From positions 672,001 to 736,000 of the forward strand of contig CAVURN010000001.1 of the NCBI GenBank assembly GCA_963743915.1: 64,000 bases of DNA, read 5' to 3'. Source of the DNA: an uncultured Actinomycetota bacterium (lineage in GTDB: Bacteria > Actinomycetota > Actinomycetes > JAHEKZ01). The position numbers and the translations under genes are program-made. Of the stretch, positions 23,298 through 34,341 are shown in pieces; within the stretch, counting starts at the first letter, position 1; each line of letters begins with the position of its first letter. The notes under the pieces were generated by a model that was given only the letters and a program-made list of their open reading frames with translations, ran no database searches and was not told the origin of the DNA.

Positions 23298-23531
23298 TCA
23301 GAGGTTGATGACCGGGCAGGTGAGGGTGCGGGTGATGCCGGGGACGCCCTGCACCTGCGCCACCACGAACCGCCCGAGCTCGTCATCGCTGTTCGCCTCG
23401 GCGCGCACGATGACGTCGTAGGCGCCGATGAGGTTCTCGGCCAGGGTGACGCCGGAGATCTTCGAGATCTGGTCGGCCACCTCGGCGGCACGTCCCACCT
23501 CGGTCTGGATCAAGATGTATGCCGTGACCAT
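23298..23531 (-). CDS. Stand-alone Lrp/AsnC ligand-binding domain protein
   Basis: MVTAYILIQTEVG...GAYDVIV...ITRTLTCPV. Confidence 0.88.
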   Translation of the reverse strand: MVTAYILIQTEVGRAAEVADQISKISGVTLAENLIGAYDVIVRAEANSDDELGRFVVAQVQGVPGITRTLTCPVINL

Positions 23532-23567
23532 CACACGCCTCCCGTCTGCAGGCCCTGACCGTACCGG

Positions 23568-24560
23568 GTGCAGGGCACCCAGAGCGACCCCCGAGGCCGG
23601 CTCGTGACCAGTGACGAGACGATCGCCGACCGGGGGGAGTTCGGCGTGATCGACGCCCTGGCCCGGCGGCTGCCGCAGGGTGCGGACGTGAGGGTGCCCC
23701 CCGGCGACGACGCCGCCGTGGTGACCGTCGACGCCTGCCCCGTGGTGGTCACGACCGACGTCCTCGTCGACACCGTGCACTTCCGCACCGACTGGTCAGG
23801 ACCGGAGGACGTCGGCCGCCGTGCCGCAGCGGCCAGTCTCGCTGACGTGGTGGCCATGGGTGCGCGTCCGGTCGCCCTCGTGGTCGCCCTGACGGCGCCC
23901 CGCACCACGGAGAGCGCATGGGTGCTGCGGCTCGCCGATGGGCTGAGGGATGAGGCAGCCCTGGTCGGCGCCTCGGTCGTCGGTGGTGATCTGTCGTCGG
24001 GTCCGCTGCAGGTCACGGTGAGCGCGCTCGGACGGCTCGAAGGTCGCGATCCCGTGCTGCGCAGCGGGGCGCAGGTGGGCGATCAGGTGGTCCTCAGCGG
24101 CCGCCTGGGCTGGGCCGAGGCGGGCCTGGCGGTGCTGAGCCGCGGGTTCCGGTCGCCCCGGGTGCTCGTCGAGGCCTACCGACGTCCGGACGTGCCGTAC
24201 GCGGCCGCGCTCGAGGCGTCCGAGTCAGGGGTGCTGCACAGCCTCTGCGACGTGAGCGACGGCTTGCTCGCCGACCTCGGCCACGTGGCCAGGAGCAGTG
24301 GGGTGGTGATCGACGTCGAGAGCGCGCAGCTGGAGGTGGGGGAGCCGATCACCACCGTGGCGGCGGCCTACGGGACCGATCCGATGCCCTGGGTGCTGGG
24401 TGGGGGAGCGGACCATGCCTTCGTGGGCACGGTGTCCGCGGACGACGACGTTCCGCAGGGGTTCGCCCGGATCGGACGGGTGGTCGAGGGGGCCGAGCCT
24501 GTCGTGACCGTCGACGGAGCGGTGTGGACCGGGTCGACCGGGTACACGCACTTCGGGTAG
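23568..24560 (+). CDS. thiL: Thiamine-phosphate kinase
   Basis: GEFGVI, GDDAA, ADVVAMGA, VGGD, DVSDGL. Confidence 0.93.
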   Translation: MQGTQSDPRGRLVTSDETIADRGEFGVIDALARRLPQGADVRVPPGDDAAVVTVDACPVVVTTDVLVDTVHFRTDWSGPEDVGRRAAAASLADVVAMGARPVALVVALTAPRTTESAWVLRLADGLRDEAALVGASVVGGDLSSGPLQVTVSALGRLEGRDPVLRSGAQVGDQVVLSGRLGWAEAGLAVLSRGFRSPRVLVEAYRRPDVPYAAALEASESGVLHSLCDVSDGLLADLGHVARSSGVVIDVESAQLEVGEPITTVAAAYGTDPMPWVLGGGADHAFVGTVSADDDVPQGFARIGRVVEGAEPVVTVDGAVWTGSTGYTHFG

Positions 24561-24570
24561 TGGGAGACCC

Positions 24571-24756
24571 CTAGCGGGAGACCTTGCCGGCCTTGATGCA
24601 GGAGGTGCAGACGGTCAGCTTGGTGGGGGTTCCACCCACCACGGTGCGGACGGTCTGGACGTTCGGGTTCCAGCGCCGACGGGTCCGTCGGTGCGAGTGG
24701 GAGATGCTGTTGCCGAAGCCCGGGCCCTTGCCACAGACATCGCACTTGGCGGCCAC
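24571..24756 (-). CDS. rpmB: 50S ribosomal protein L28 (Zn-ribbon form)
   Basis: [31 protein letters not shown]...CTSC. Confidence 0.96.
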   Translation of the reverse strand: MAAKCDVCGKGPGFGNSISHSHRRTRRRWNPNVQTVRTVVGGTPTKLTVCTSCIKAGKVSR

Positions 24757-24942
24757 GGTGACTCCTTCTGCAGGGACGGGCGGCACGGGCGCCGCACGAC
24801 CACGCGGCCCGGACGAGCCGACGTGGAATCGGGGGTGCGGTCGCGGCCGGAGCATCGGCCGACGACAGCCCCACGAGGGTACCCGATCGCCAGGATGCGC
24901 CCAAACCGGTCGGTCCTCGCCGATGGCTAGGCTCGGCGGGCA

Positions 24943-26724
24943 GTGACGGGTGACGAGGCGGAAGGACCGCAGGTGGTGCAGGGGATGTCCGCGGCGGGGC
25001 AGGCGCGCGCTCGCGTCCCGCGACTGACCGTGGACCACCTCGTCCGGTGGGCCCGGTCGACCATCCTCGAGGACGCCCGTGCCGACATCGATGCGCTGAA
25101 CGTCTTCCCGGTTCCCGACGGAGACACCGGCACCAACCTCGCCCTGACCTGGCAGGCCGCGCGGGAGTCCCTGGACTCGGCCCTGTCCGCTGCGAACTCC
25201 CACGCCGTGCCGGCCGATCCCCCGCTGCCCGCGCTGGTGTCGACGTGGGCGCGTGGGGCCCTGATGGGCGCGCGGGGAAACTCCGGCGTGATCTCGGCGC
25301 AGCTCCTGCGGGGCTGGGCGCTGACCGTCGCGAGTGCTGCTGACCCGGACCGGACCGACGGCGTCGACGCGGCCGTGCTGGCGGATGCGCTCGACGACGC
25401 CGTCGCCCTGGCCTACAGCGCGGTCATGCACCCGGTTGAGGGCACGATCCTGACCGTCGCCTCCGAGGCGGCGCGGGCCGCACGAGCCACCGTCGACGCC
25501 GCAGCCGGGAAGGTCGGGGAGCCGGGTGAGCCCGACGTCGCCGCGGTGCTGGAAGCCGCCGTCAAGGCCGCGGACGCAGCGTTGGTGCGTACCCCCGAGC
25601 AGCTGGACGTGCTCGCGCGCGCCGGTGTCCTCGATGCCGGCGGGCAGGGCCTTGTCCTGGTCCTGGGCGCCCTGCGGGCCGTCGTCGACCCGACCGCCCC
25701 CCAAGAAGAGGCTCTTCTGGCCCGTTGGGGTCTCGGACAGGGGGCCGGAGCCTTCGTGCACGCTCCGCGACCGACCGGTGGCGCCCTGCCGGACGGCGCC
25801 TTCGAAGTGATGTACCTGCTCGACGCCGACGACGCCGCAGTTCCCGACCTGCGCGTCCGGCTCGACCACATCGGGGCCTCGGTGGTGGTCGTCGGAGGCG
25901 GCGGGCTCTGGAACGTCCACGTGCACACCGACGACGCAGGGCCCGCGGTCGAGGCGGGCGTGGCTGTCGGCCACGTGTCGCGGATCCGCATCACGCCCCT
26001 GGTCACCGAGTCCGGCGAAGCGGACTCCGCGGGGGAGCAGGAGACCGGCGGACGCGGGCGTCCGGTGCGGGTGGTCGTCGCGGTGGCGCCGGGCCCCCCG
26101 CTGGCTGCCCTGTTCGAGTCGGTGGGGGCGCGCGTGGTCCGCGGTGCCCCAGGGGACCGGCCGACGCCCGGCAGTCTGGTCGCGGCCGCCGAAGGGGCGG
26201 CCGAGGTGCTGCTGCTCCCGAACGACGATGCCCACCGCGGGGTCGCCGAGACCGCGGCTTCCGAGCTGCGCGGCCGAGGGGTCACGGCGGCGGTGCTTCC
26301 GACCCGCGCAGCGGTGCAGGGTCTGGCCGCGCTCGCCGTGCACGAGGCAGGGCTGCCTTTCACCGACGACGTCGTCGCGATGTCGGCGGCGGCGGGAGCC
26401 ACACGTCACGGTGCGGTGACGCGTGCCGAGCGAGAGGCGATCACCTCGGCAGGCATCTGCCAGCCGGGCGACGTCCTCGGGCTGGTCGAAGGCGACATCG
26501 CGGTCATCGGCTCCGATCCGGCGGCCACGGTGTGCAGCGTGGTGGACCGCATGCTGTCGGCCGGCGGTGAGCTGGTGACCCTGGTCTGCGGCGACGACCC
26601 GTGGCCCGGGCACGAGCTGGCCGAGGCGGTCCGTCAGCACCTGCACCGCACCCGGCTCGACGTGGAGATCGTGGTCTATGAGGGCGGACAACCCCTCTAC
26701 CCCTTGCTGGTAGGGGTGGAGTGA
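24943..26724 (+). CDS. DAK2-domain fatty acid kinase catalytic subunit (FakA-like)
   Basis: [42 protein letters not shown]. Confidence 0.9.
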   Translation: MTGDEAEGPQVVQGMSAAGQARARVPRLTVDHLVRWARSTILEDARADIDALNVFPVPDGDTGTNLALTWQAARESLDSALSAANSHAVPADPPLPALVSTWARGALMGARGNSGVISAQLLRGWALTVASAADPDRTDGVDAAVLADALDDAVALAYSAVMHPVEGTILTVASEAARAARATVDAAAGKVGEPGEPDVAAVLEAAVKAADAALVRTPEQLDVLARAGVLDAGGQGLVLVLGALRAVVDPTAPQEEALLARWGLGQGAGAFVHAPRPTGGALPDGAFEVMYLLDADDAAVPDLRVRLDHIGASVVVVGGGGLWNVHVHTDDAGPAVEAGVAVGHVSRIRITPLVTESGEADSAGEQETGGRGRPVRVVVAVAPGPPLAALFESVGARVVRGAPGDRPTPGSLVAAAEGAAEVLLLPNDDAHRGVAETAASELRGRGVTAAVLPTRAAVQGLAALAVHEAGLPFTDDVVAMSAAAGATRHGAVTRAEREAITSAGICQPGDVLGLVEGDIAVIGSDPAATVCSVVDRMLSAGGELVTLVCGDDPWPGHELAEAVRQHLHRTRLDVEIVVYEGGQPLYPLLVGVE

Positions 26725-29012
26725 GCGCGCGCGCGGAGTCCCGTTCCGCCGGCGCCGAGTGGCTGGACCGACCGCTGCGGACGGTGCTCGGCGGCGCCAC
26801 GGCGAAAGTCCTCGCGGCGCTCGAGGTCCACACCGTCGGCGACCTGCTGGACCACCTTCCGCGGCGGTACGGCGAGCACGGTCAGCTGACCGACATCGCC
26901 CGGCTGCAGGTCGGTGAGCAGGTGACGGTACTGGCGGAGATCGCGTCCGTCTCGTCCCGCCGCATGCGTCAGCGCAAAGGAACGATCACAGAGGTGGTGG
27001 TGACGGACGGTCGACAGCGGCTGTCGTTGACCTTCTTCAACCAGCCGTGGCGCGAGCGCCAGCTGCAGGTCGGCATGCGGGGGCTGTTCGCGGGGACGGT
27101 GGGGGTCCACGCCGGCAAGCGCCAGCTGACGCAGCCGGACCTTCAGATCTTCGGTCAGTCCGACGAGGGCCCCGGGCTGTCGCCCGGAGCGGACGACGTC
27201 GACCCGCTGGACGAGCTCGCCGTCGACCTGACCGGTCTCGAGGAGTTCACCGAGCGCCTGATCCCGATCTACCCCGCCAGCGCCAAGCTCCCGACCTGGC
27301 GGATCCAGAAGGCGGTCGACGTACTGCTTCACACCATGCCCGAGCTGCCCGACCCGATACCGGCGGACGTCGTCGAGCGCGAGCACCTGATGTCGCGGAC
27401 GGAGGCGTACCGCACCATCCATCGGCCACGGACCCTCGACGAGGTCGCAGCAGCGCGCCGCAGGCTCGCGTACGACGAGGCCCTCGTCCTGCAGACCGTG
27501 CTCGCACGCAGGCGCGCCGCGCTGGCGTCCCTCGCCTCGACGCCGCGCGTGGCGTCGCCCGACGGTCTGCTCGCGGCGTTCGACGAGCGACTGCCCTTTG
27601 CGCTGACGGAGGGCCAACGTGAGGTCTCCGCCGCGATCCTGACCGACCTCGCGAGGCCGCACCCCATGCATCGCCTCGTGCAGGGCGAGGTCGGTTCGGG
27701 CAAGACGGTCGTGGCGCTCCGGGCGATGATGGCGGTGGTCGACTCAGGGGGCCAGGCCGCGCTGCTGGCACCCACCGAGGTGCTCGCCCAGCAGCACTAC
27801 CGCACCCTCACGACCATGCTCGGCCCCCTGGCCGAGGCGGGCATGCTCGGCGCTCCACCGGAGGCGACCCGCGTGCGCCTGCTCACCGGGAGCCTTCCCA
27901 CCGCCGCACGGCGTCAGGCGCTGCTGGACGCCGCCTCCGGGGAGGCCGGGGTGGTCGTCGGCACGCACGCGCTGCTGCAGGAGCACGTCGACTTCTTCGA
28001 CCTGGGGCTGGTCGTCGTGGACGAGCAGCACCGGTTCGGCGTCGAGCAGCGCGAGGCTCTCCGCGCGAAGGCAGAGGCGCCCCCACACGTGCTCGTGATG
28101 ACGGCCACACCGATCCCGCGGACAGTGGCGATGACGGTCTTCGGCGACCTCGACGTGTCCACCCTCACCGAGCTCCCTCAGGGCCGGCAGACGATCACCA
28201 CGCACGTGGTCCCCGTCGCCGAGCGGCCGCGGTACCTCGAGCGCACGTGGGCGCGGGTCACCGAGGAGGTCGCACAGGGCCGCCAGGCCTACGTCGTCTG
28301 TCCTCGAATCGGCGACGACCTCGACGCGGCGGGGGAGCCCGGTCCGGAGGGGGCCGCCGATGACGGTCCCGAGGATGCGGCATCCGGGGCGCCCTCGCCG
28401 CCGCTGACGTCCGTGCTCGCCCTTGCCCGCACTTTGCAGCAGGGCCCGCTCGGGGAGTGCCGGGTCGAGGTGCTGCACGGACAGCTGGCCTCGGACGTCA
28501 AGGACCGCGTCATGTCGGCCTTCACCGACGGCGAGATCGATGTCCTGGTGGCGACGACCGTGATCGAGGTCGGCGTCGACGTCCCCAACGCCACCGTCAT
28601 GGTCATCATGGACGCCGACCGCTTCGGGGTCTCCCAGCTGCACCAGATCCGTGGTCGGGTCGGCCGCGGCGAGCATCCGGGGCTCTGCCTGCTGGTGACC
28701 GAGCAGCCGGAGGGAGCCCCGGGGCGGGAGCGGCTGCTCGCGGTGGAGAGCACCCTCGACGGGTTCGCGCTCGCCCGGATCGACCTCGAGCAGCGCCGTG
28801 AGGGCGACGTTCTGGGCACGGCTCAGTCGGGGCGCCGCTCGAGCCTGAAGGTGCTGCGCGCGATCTCCGACGAGGACATCATCGCGAGCGCCCGGGGTGA
28901 CGCGGTGGCGATCGTCGAGCGCTCGGTCGACCTCGTCGACCATCCTGACCTCCGGGCGGCGGTGCTGCGCCAGGAGTCCGACGAGCAGTCCGAGTACCTG
29001 GAGAAGGCGTGA
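26721..29012 (+). CDS. recG: ATP-dependent DNA helicase RecG
   Basis: [36 protein letters not shown]. Confidence 0.96.
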   Translation: MSARAESRSAGAEWLDRPLRTVLGGATAKVLAALEVHTVGDLLDHLPRRYGEHGQLTDIARLQVGEQVTVLAEIASVSSRRMRQRKGTITEVVVTDGRQRLSLTFFNQPWRERQLQVGMRGLFAGTVGVHAGKRQLTQPDLQIFGQSDEGPGLSPGADDVDPLDELAVDLTGLEEFTERLIPIYPASAKLPTWRIQKAVDVLLHTMPELPDPIPADVVEREHLMSRTEAYRTIHRPRTLDEVAAARRRLAYDEALVLQTVLARRRAALASLASTPRVASPDGLLAAFDERLPFALTEGQREVSAAILTDLARPHPMHRLVQGEVGSGKTVVALRAMMAVVDSGGQAALLAPTEVLAQQHYRTLTTMLGPLAEAGMLGAPPEATRVRLLTGSLPTAARRQALLDAASGEAGVVVGTHALLQEHVDFFDLGLVVVDEQHRFGVEQREALRAKAEAPPHVLVMTATPIPRTVAMTVFGDLDVSTLTELPQGRQTITTHVVPVAERPRYLERTWARVTEEVAQGRQAYVVCPRIGDDLDAAGEPGPEGAADDGPEDAASGAPSPPLTSVLALARTLQQGPLGECRVEVLHGQLASDVKDRVMSAFTDGEIDVLVATTVIEVGVDVPNATVMVIMDADRFGVSQLHQIRGRVGRGEHPGLCLLVTEQPEGAPGRERLLAVESTLDGFALARIDLEQRREGDVLGTAQSGRRSSLKVLRAISDEDIIASARGDAVAIVERSVDLVDHPDLRAAVLRQESDEQSEYLEKA

Positions 29013-29028
29013 ACTGCCGGGAGCGCGG

Positions 29029-29592
29029 ATGACCCGCGTGATCGGGGGCGTCGCCCGCGGTCGTCGGCTCCGGGTTCCCACCGATGGCACCCGGCCGACC
29101 TCGGACCGCGCACGGGAGGCGGTCTTCTCGAGCCTGGAGTCACTGCGCGGACCCGCGTGGGCGGAGTCCACGGTCCTCGACCTCTACGCCGGGTCGGGGG
29201 CGCTCGGACTCGAGGCGCTCTCGCGCGGCGCCGACCGCGTGGACCTCGTCGAGTCGGACCGTCGCGCCGTGCGCGTGATCGAGGCGAACGTGGCCGTCGT
29301 CGCCCCAGTCCCCGGTACCGCCCACGTGCACGCCTCCACGGCGGAGCGATGGGTGCTGCGACCACCCTCCGATGTCCGCTTCGATGTCGTGTTCTGCGAC
29401 CCGCCGTACGCACTCGCGAGCGAGTCCGTCCGATCGCTGCTCGCGACGTTGCTGGACCTCGGCGCGCTCGCCCCCGGGGCGATAGTGGTGGTCGAGCGTC
29501 CTCAGCGGGAGGCGTGGAGCTGGCCACCGGGGCTGCGGCAGGTCAAGGAGCGACGCTACGGCGAGGCGCGCATCTGGATGGCTCAGGTCTGA
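29029..29592 (+). CDS. rsmD: 16S rRNA m2G966 methyltransferase
   Basis: TRPTSDRARE, LDLYAGSGALG, DPPY, RRYG. Confidence 0.93.
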   Translation: MTRVIGGVARGRRLRVPTDGTRPTSDRAREAVFSSLESLRGPAWAESTVLDLYAGSGALGLEALSRGADRVDLVESDRRAVRVIEANVAVVAPVPGTAHVHASTAERWVLRPPSDVRFDVVFCDPPYALASESVRSLLATLLDLGALAPGAIVVVERPQREAWSWPPGLRQVKERRYGEARIWMAQV

Positions 29593-29981
29593 GGCTGCGA
29601 GCCGCGCACGAACGCCTCTCGTAACCAGTCCGCAACCTGGACATCGAGGTCGCTCAGCTCGCGCACCTCCAGGTGGTGCATCCACGTGGTCGGGGAGGGG
29701 TGTGCGATCTCCTTCCAGCGAGGCGACGGGGTCGGAGCGGACAATGGCACTGACAGAACCATCTCGGCGCGGGGGTGGCTCAGGTACTGGCCCGGTCGCC
29801 ACAGGGAGGCCACGGTTCGTGTCCGGGCTCCGGGCATCGCGTGCCGGAAGGCCACCTGGCTGCGGGTCACGACCACGTCGATGACGCCGAACGAGTCCAG
29901 CGTCGATGCCACCCACTGCACCGCCTCCGCGCCGAACGGCACACCCTCAAAGAACTCCTCGGCCTCCGCGAGCGTGCTCAT
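29583..29981 (-). CDS. DUF5655-like hypothetical protein
   Basis: TRSQVAF...WKEIAHP..WMHHL...WLREA; leaderless -10 CACAAT. Confidence 0.65.
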   Translation of the reverse strand: MSTLAEAEEFFEGVPFGAEAVQWVASTLDSFGVIDVVVTRSQVAFRHAMPGARTRTVASLWRPGQYLSHPRAEMVLSVPLSAPTPSPRWKEIAHPSPTTWMHHLEVRELSDLDVQVADWLREAFVRGSQPQT

Positions 29982-30043
29982 CGGAGCATTGTGGGGTCTT
30001 CCACGGTCGGTCCCAAGGGTTGGCCCAGTGATAGCGTCGCCGC

Positions 30044-30565
30044 GTGCTGAGCGTCGTGTGTCCCGGCTCGTTCGACCCGGTGACCAACGGCCACGTCGAC
30101 ATCATCGAGCGGGCCTCTGGCCTGGCCGACCAGGTGTACGTCGCGGTCATGGTCAACCAGAGCAAGCGTGGCCTCTTTCCCGTCGAACAGCGGATCGACC
30201 TGCTGCGCCAGTCGCTGGCCCACCTGTCCAACGTCTCGATCGAGACGTTCTCCGGCCTGCTCGTCGACTACTGCCAGTCACGCGGGGCGCGCGCGATCGT
30301 CAAGGGCCTGCGAGCGGTCGGCGACTTCGACTACGAGCTTCAGATGGCCCAGATGAACCACCGGCTCACGGGGGTCGACACGCTCTTCGTGGCGACCAAC
30401 CCGCTCTACTCGTTCCTCTCCTCCAGCCTCATCAAGGAGGTCGTCGCCTTCGGCGGCGACGTCGCCGGTCTGGTGCCCGAGCCGGTGCTGCAGCCGCTGG
30501 TGGGGGCCCTGACCGGGGCCAGCACCGAGGGACCGTCGGCGCCTGACGGTTCGGGTGGCCCCTAG
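30044..30565 (+). CDS. coaD: Pantetheine-phosphate adenylyltransferase
   Basis: PGSFDPVTNGH, KGLR, DFDYELQMA, SSSLIKE. Confidence 0.96.
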   Translation: MLSVVCPGSFDPVTNGHVDIIERASGLADQVYVAVMVNQSKRGLFPVEQRIDLLRQSLAHLSNVSIETFSGLLVDYCQSRGARAIVKGLRAVGDFDYELQMAQMNHRLTGVDTLFVATNPLYSFLSSSLIKEVVAFGGDVAGLVPEPVLQPLVGALTGASTEGPSAPDGSGGP

Positions 30566-30600
30566 CCTGTCTCCAGGCCTGCCGCGGCACCCGCGGCAAC

Positions 30601-30645
30601 ACCAGACACACCAGATAGACCAGATAGACCAGACAGACCAGACAA
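30601..30645 (+). repeat. Tandem repeat 5 x 9 bp (ACCAGAYAV)
   Basis: accagacac accagatag accagatag accagacag accagacaa, abutting the AGGAGG RBS. Confidence 0.9.
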
Positions 30646-30654
30646 GGAGGGCGC

Positions 30655-31200
30655 GTGGAGATCCACGATCGGCTCGACGAGCTCGCGGCCACGATCGAGA
30701 GCGCCCGGTCCATGCCGATGTCCGCGTCCTGCGTGGTCAACCGGCACGAGACGCTGGAGGCGATCGACGAGATCCGCCGGCTGCTGCCGGCGAACCTCAC
30801 GAAGGCTGACGCGCTGCTGGCAGATGCCGACGGCGTCCTCGAGCTGGCGCGGCAGCAGAGCGAGGAGATCGTCGCTGCCGGGCACCAGGAGAAGATGCGG
30901 CTCGTCTCGGAGTCGGAGGTGCAGGCCCAGGCCGAGCGCGAGGCCGGTCGCATCATCGCGGCCGCCGAGTCCGAGGCGCAGCGGATGCAGCGCGAGATCG
31001 ACGACTACATCGACGCCAAGCTGGCGAACTTCGAGATCGTCCTCACCAAGACGCTCGAGGCGGTGGCTCGGGGCAGGGACAAGATCCAAGGCCGTCGCGC
31101 GGTCGAGGAGCTGGCGCACATCGACCTGCCGTCGCTGGACGAGGAGCAGGAGCAGCAGGAGTCCGGGTCGGCGACAGACGGCGGCACAGCTCGCGGGTGA
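30655..31200 (+). CDS. sepIVA: SepIVA-like coiled-coil cell division protein
   Basis: ARSMPMSASCVVNR, DDYIDAKLANFE; position between coaD and DUF177. Confidence 0.75.
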   Translation: MEIHDRLDELAATIESARSMPMSASCVVNRHETLEAIDEIRRLLPANLTKADALLADADGVLELARQQSEEIVAAGHQEKMRLVSESEVQAQAEREAGRIIAAAESEAQRMQREIDDYIDAKLANFEIVLTKTLEAVARGRDKIQGRRAVEELAHIDLPSLDEEQEQQESGSATDGGTARG

Positions 31201-31367
31201 TCCCCGGGACGGGAGCCAGCACCCGGGCGTCCGGCTGCATTTGGGGGGTGAGGGCCGTGCCGTTACGCTGGTCGACGGTCTCGTCCGCGAGCCCGACGTC
31301 CTGACTGCCGGTCCTTCGGGGTGCGGTCTGCCCCTCGGGGCATCCCGGCCTCGCCAGGAGAACACTC

Positions 31368-31940
31368 GTGTCCCGCCTCGATCCGCGTGACCCGCTGGTG
31401 CTGCCCGCCCATGAGGTGGTGAAGCGCCCCGGTCACCTCATCCGGGTGGACCGCACGGTGCCGGCACCGTCAGGGCTCGGTCTGGACGTGGTCAGCGTCC
31501 CCGAAGGCGCACCGGTCGAGCTCGAGCTCCGGCTCGAGTCGGTGGTCGAGGGGGTGCTGGTGTCCGGCACCTGCCGGGCACAGGCGCAGGGTGAGTGCGT
31601 CCGCTGCCTCGAACCGATCACGGTCGGTATCGAGCTGGAGGTGCAGGAGCTCTTTGCCTACCCCGACTCCGCCTCGGCGGAGGCGGAGGAGATCGCGCAG
31701 CTGGAGGACGAGCTCGTCGACTTCCGGCCGGTGCTGCGGGACGCCGTGGTGCTCGCCCTTCCGCTGCAACCGGTGTGCCGGGACGACTGTCCCGGGCTCT
31801 GTCCCGTCTGCGGGGTCCGCCTCGCCGACGATCCGGAGCACCACCACGACCAGGTCGACCCCCGATGGGCCGCCCTGGGGGGACTGCTGCCGCAGGACCT
31901 GTCAGCAACGGACGCGACGCCGAGCGCGTCCGACGAGTAG
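31368..31940 (+). CDS. YceD/DUF177 protein
   Basis: ECVRCL, CRDDCPGLCPVCG, DPRWAAL. Confidence 0.92.
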   Translation: MSRLDPRDPLVLPAHEVVKRPGHLIRVDRTVPAPSGLGLDVVSVPEGAPVELELRLESVVEGVLVSGTCRAQAQGECVRCLEPITVGIELEVQELFAYPDSASAEAEEIAQLEDELVDFRPVLRDAVVLALPLQPVCRDDCPGLCPVCGVRLADDPEHHHDQVDPRWAALGGLLPQDLSATDATPSASDE

Positions 31941-31952
31941 AAGGGCATCGCC

Positions 31953-32126
31953 GTGGCCGTCCCGAAGCGGAAGACCTCGCGTTCCAACACCCGCTCGCGT
32001 CGGGCGAACTGGAAGGCCAGTCGTCCCACGATCGTCACCTGCGACCGTTGCCGTGAGCCCAAGCTGCCGCACGTCGCGTGTCCGACCTGCGGCACGTACA
32101 ACAAGCGGCAGGTCACGGCCGTCTGA
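31953..32126 (+). CDS. rpmF: 50S ribosomal protein L32 (57 aa, absent from the ORF track)
   Basis: Manual translation [22 protein letters not shown]...CDRC...[10 protein letters not shown]. Confidence 0.95.
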   Translation: MAVPKRKTSRSNTRSRRANWKASRPTIVTCDRCREPKLPHVACPTCGTYNKRQVTAV

Positions 32127-32173
32127 GCCGTCCGTCCCGTCACGTGGAGCCCACCCCTGTGCCCGCTCCGGGC

Positions 32174-32923
32174 ATGAGCCCGCCTCGGCGTGACGCTGCA
32201 CTGCGCGCGCCCGGCGTGCCGTCCTGGCAGGTCGTGCTCGACCTCGCGTTGACCCCTCGGATGCTCGAGCAGGCCCTCACCCACCGTTCCTACGCCTACG
32301 AGAACGGCGGACTGCCCACCAACGAGCGTCTGGAGTTCCTCGGGGACGCCGTGCTCGGCCTCGTCGTCACCGAGACGCTGTACCGCGTCCACCCTGACCT
32401 TCCCGAGGGGCAGCTGGCCAAGCTCCGCTCGGCCGTGGTGAACATGAGGGCGCTCGCCGGGGTCGCCCGCCGACTGGGCCTCGGGGAGCACCTCCACCTC
32501 GGCAAGGGCGAGGAGGCCACCGGTGGCCGGGACAAGGCGTCGATCCTGGCCGACGGTGTGGAGGCGCTGATCGGCGCCGTGTACCTCGACCTCGGGACGG
32601 AGGTGGCCACCACCTTCGTGCACCGGCTGGTCGACCCCCTGCTGGAACAGGCGCAGCACCTGGGCGCAGGTCTGGACTGGAAGACCAGCCTGCAGGAGCT
32701 CACGGCGACGCTCGACCTCGGCGTGCCCGAGTACCGCATCACCGAGTCCGGCCCTGACCACGCCAAGGCCTTCGTCGCGACCGTCGTGCTCAAGGACGGG
32801 TCGCACGGCAGCGGGCAGGGACATTCCAAGAAGGAGGCCGAGCAGGAGGCGGCGGCCGCCACCTGGGAGCTCTTGGCCGGCCGCTCCGCGGAGGCGCTGC
32901 CCGCTCCCGACACCGGTGCCTGA
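32174..32923 (+). CDS. rnc: Ribonuclease III (start uncertain)
   Basis: [18 protein letters not shown], ds[11 protein letters not shown]...SKKEAEQ. Confidence 0.95.
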   Translation: MSPPRRDAALRAPGVPSWQVVLDLALTPRMLEQALTHRSYAYENGGLPTNERLEFLGDAVLGLVVTETLYRVHPDLPEGQLAKLRSAVVNMRALAGVARRLGLGEHLHLGKGEEATGGRDKASILADGVEALIGAVYLDLGTEVATTFVHRLVDPLLEQAQHLGAGLDWKTSLQELTATLDLGVPEYRITESGPDHAKAFVATVVLKDGSHGSGQGHSKKEAEQEAAAATWELLAGRSAEALPAPDTGA

Positions 32924-33812
32924 GCTCCCAGAGGTCGAGACCGTCCGGCGTGGCCTGGTGGCCCACCTCGAGGGCCGTCTCATCGATCAGGCGTGGGTGC
33001 ACCACCCGCGTGCGGCGCGCCGGCACGATCTCGGGCCGGCCCATCTGGAGCAGTGGCTGCGCGGGCGACGCATCACTGCCGTCGACCGGCGGGGCAAGTA
33101 CCTGTGGTGCGTGCTCGACGCCGCTCCCGCATCCGTCGGCAGCGACGTCCTGGTCGCCCATCTCGGCATGAGCGGGCAGTTCCGTGTCACCGACGAGCGG
33201 TTGGAGGCGCACCCGCACCTGCGCCTCGACCTGCACCTCGACGACGGGCGCTGGCTCTCGTTCCTGGACCAGCGCACGTTCGGGGGAGTGGCCGGTGACG
33301 TCCTGGCGCTCGATGCCGAGGGGGTCCGAGCCGTTCCGACGCGCCTGGCGCACCTGGGTGCCGACCCCTTCGAGCCTGTCTTCGACGCGAGAGCGGCAGC
33401 CGGACGGATCCGCCGTCGACACACCGAGGTGAAGCGGGCGCTGCTCGACCAGACCCTCGTGTCCGGCATCGGCAACATCTACGCCGACGAGTCCCTGTGG
33501 CGGGCCCGGGTGCATCCCCGCCGGGTCACCGACCGGCTCAGCCGCGCCGTCCTGACCAGCCTGCTCGACGCAGCCCGTGACGTCATGGCCGAGGCGCTCG
33601 AGAAAGGTGGCACGTCGTTCGATGCGCTCTACGTCGACGTCAACGGCTCCAGCGGCTACTTCGAACGCTCTCTCGACGTCTACGGCCGCGAGGACGCCCC
33701 CTGCCATCGCTGTGGGACGCCGGTGCGCCGCTTGAGCTTCATGAACCGGTCTTCGTACGTGTGCCCGCGCTGTCAGCGTGGTCCTCGCGCCACGACGGGC
33801 GCCCCGGGCTAG
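32916..33812 (+). CDS. mutM: Formamidopyrimidine-DNA glycosylase
   Basis: [23 protein letters not shown]-terminal Zn finger. Confidence 0.96.
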   Translation: MPELPEVETVRRGLVAHLEGRLIDQAWVHHPRAARRHDLGPAHLEQWLRGRRITAVDRRGKYLWCVLDAAPASVGSDVLVAHLGMSGQFRVTDERLEAHPHLRLDLHLDDGRWLSFLDQRTFGGVAGDVLALDAEGVRAVPTRLAHLGADPFEPVFDARAAAGRIRRRHTEVKRALLDQTLVSGIGNIYADESLWRARVHPRRVTDRLSRAVLTSLLDAARDVMAEALEKGGTSFDALYVDVNGSSGYFERSLDVYGREDAPCHRCGTPVRRLSFMNRSSYVCPRCQRGPRATTGAPG

Positions 33813-34024
33813 GTCTCCGGGGCGGCGCTACGCCGTCCGGGTGAGCCGGCCCGCGGGCGACCGTGACCTCTTCTTGACCTGCTCGTAGCCGGGATGTCAC
33901 TCTGGACGACGCCTCCCCCCGCCGATCCGGCGACCAGAGTGAGGCTGCCCGTGCCACCAGCACGGAGTGCAGTTCCACAGGACCGGCGCAGCACCTGCAC
34001 CGGAGAGACGAAGGGCCCGCAGTC

Positions 34025-34237
34025 ATGGCGAAGGCGATCCTCGGCCACGTGGGGGGCGTCGACCCCCGGATGCTCGCAGAGATCGCAGTCCTCCGTCGAC
34101 GGGTGCGCGAGCTGCAGGCCGAGGTCGAGCGCCTCGCCGCCGAGAACGCGGCTCTGCTCAGCGTGGGCGCCATGCCCGAGGAGATCATCTCCCTCGATGC
34201 CCCCCACGCCGAGCGTTCCACTCCCGCCCTCGCCTGA
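34025..34237 (+). CDS. Small coiled-coil protein upstream of smc
   Basis: MAKAILGHVGG..LAE..LRRRVRELQAE; own RBS and promoter. Confidence 0.75.
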   Translation: MAKAILGHVGGVDPRMLAEIAVLRRRVRELQAEVERLAAENAALLSVGAMPEEIISLDAPHAERSTPALA

Positions 34238-34341
34238 CGGCCCTCCACCGAAGCCGTGTCAGTGCCCGGCTCTTGACCACCCGTCGCTAGGCTGCCTCGC
34301 AGCACTGCCGGCTCGCATCGCCTAGCGGAGGACCTCCCCCG

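Noticed and set aside
24398-24416. ThiL motif GGADH instead of the usual GGED(H/Y)
   Set aside because: Single-base difference in an error-prone assembly; other catalytic motifs are intact
30601-30645. Tandem repeats (also 55617 and 56624) as CRISPR arrays
   Set aside because: No unique spacers between units and no cas genes
24571-32126. Zn-ribbon forms of L28 and L32 as unusual
   Set aside because: These Cys-containing forms are the normal ones at these loci
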